Assembly: GCF_006345805.1 (NCBI RefSeq)
Contig: NC_043013.1
Span: 36,084,001-36,148,000, forward strand
Origin: Octopus sinensis
Taxonomy: Eukaryota
DNA: 64,000 bases
Direction: 5' to 3'
Shown: positions 63,549-64,000 of the stretch, in pieces
Position numbering within the stretch: the stretch's first letter is position 1
Layout of the letters: every line of letters starts with the position of its first letter
The notes under the pieces: model-generated
The model's database searches: none
Seen by the model: only the letters and a program-made list of their open reading frames with translations
What the model was told of the DNA's origin: nothing
Position numbers and translations under genes: made by a program

Positions 63549-63971
63549 CTGGGTTGTCCGGAAAGTTTGTGCCGATTTTTAAAGGAAAGAAAAAGGTCAA
63601 TAAATACTTGCGATTACATTTTTAATCAACCAAATATGAACCATTTTGTTGCACAATGCCTTTCCATCTTTCCTTTAACTTGAAAATACCCGCTTCCCAG
63701 AATTGACGTGGTTTCATGGCCGAGCTGCAGCAATTTTTGTCTGGTTCCCAAAGCACCAAGTGCCGAAAATGAACTTTCCTATCTTCCACTTTAAAGGTTT
63801 ACAGAATTAACACGGGTTATAGGAACATAAATCTTCTTCCACGAAAAGATAGCTTAAACTGTGCTCTAAATAGAGGTGTAGTCAAATCCTATTTTATGGA
63901 CTCAACCATGTTCTAAAATAAGTCGAAAGGTAAGCTACTATAAATCGGCACGAACTTTCCGGACAACCCAA
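63549..63971 (-). mobile_element. 423-bp internally deleted mariner (MITE-like)
   Basis: TA-flanked 30-bp TIRs (C/T)TGGGTTGTCCGGAAAGTT(T/C)GTGCCGATTT; minus frame GIFKLKERWKGIVQQNGSYLVD* is a mariner C-terminus. Confidence 0.9.
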
Positions 63972-64000
63972 TATTAACGATTACTATAGAAGTCATATCA

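Overview
Eukaryotic, AT-rich, microsatellite-saturated DNA made almost entirely of transposable-element debris. The SINE families and repeat landscape suggest a cephalopod (probably Octopus) intergenic or intronic region; this is an inference. I recognise no host protein-coding gene, rRNA, true tRNA, CRISPR array or other prokaryotic feature, and most of the supplied ORF track is translated microsatellite. Supported content: (1) LINE remnants of the R4/Dong-like REL, RTE/BovB-like, other RTE and CR1 clades; (2) a 2.2-kb Penelope-like element; (3) a solo LTR with an ATAT target-site duplication; (4) several Tc1/mariner derivatives; (5) Helitron/HINE-like and hAT-like non-autonomous elements; (6) more than 30 copies of at least four tRNA-derived SINE families. 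The best lead is a set of hammerhead-ribozyme-like motifs in short Penelope-type units abutting (TA)n. The one at 4859-4947 (minus strand) has a fully canonical catalytic core, and two variant copies sit in a ~180-bp-arm inverted repeat at 31248-31692. Other notable structures are a ~2-kb segmental duplication 33 kb apart, an in-frame Tc1-transposase/RTE-endonuclease chimera with DD35E spacing, and a mariner derivative built from two 5' ends. Coordinates and identities were read by eye and may be off by a few bases.
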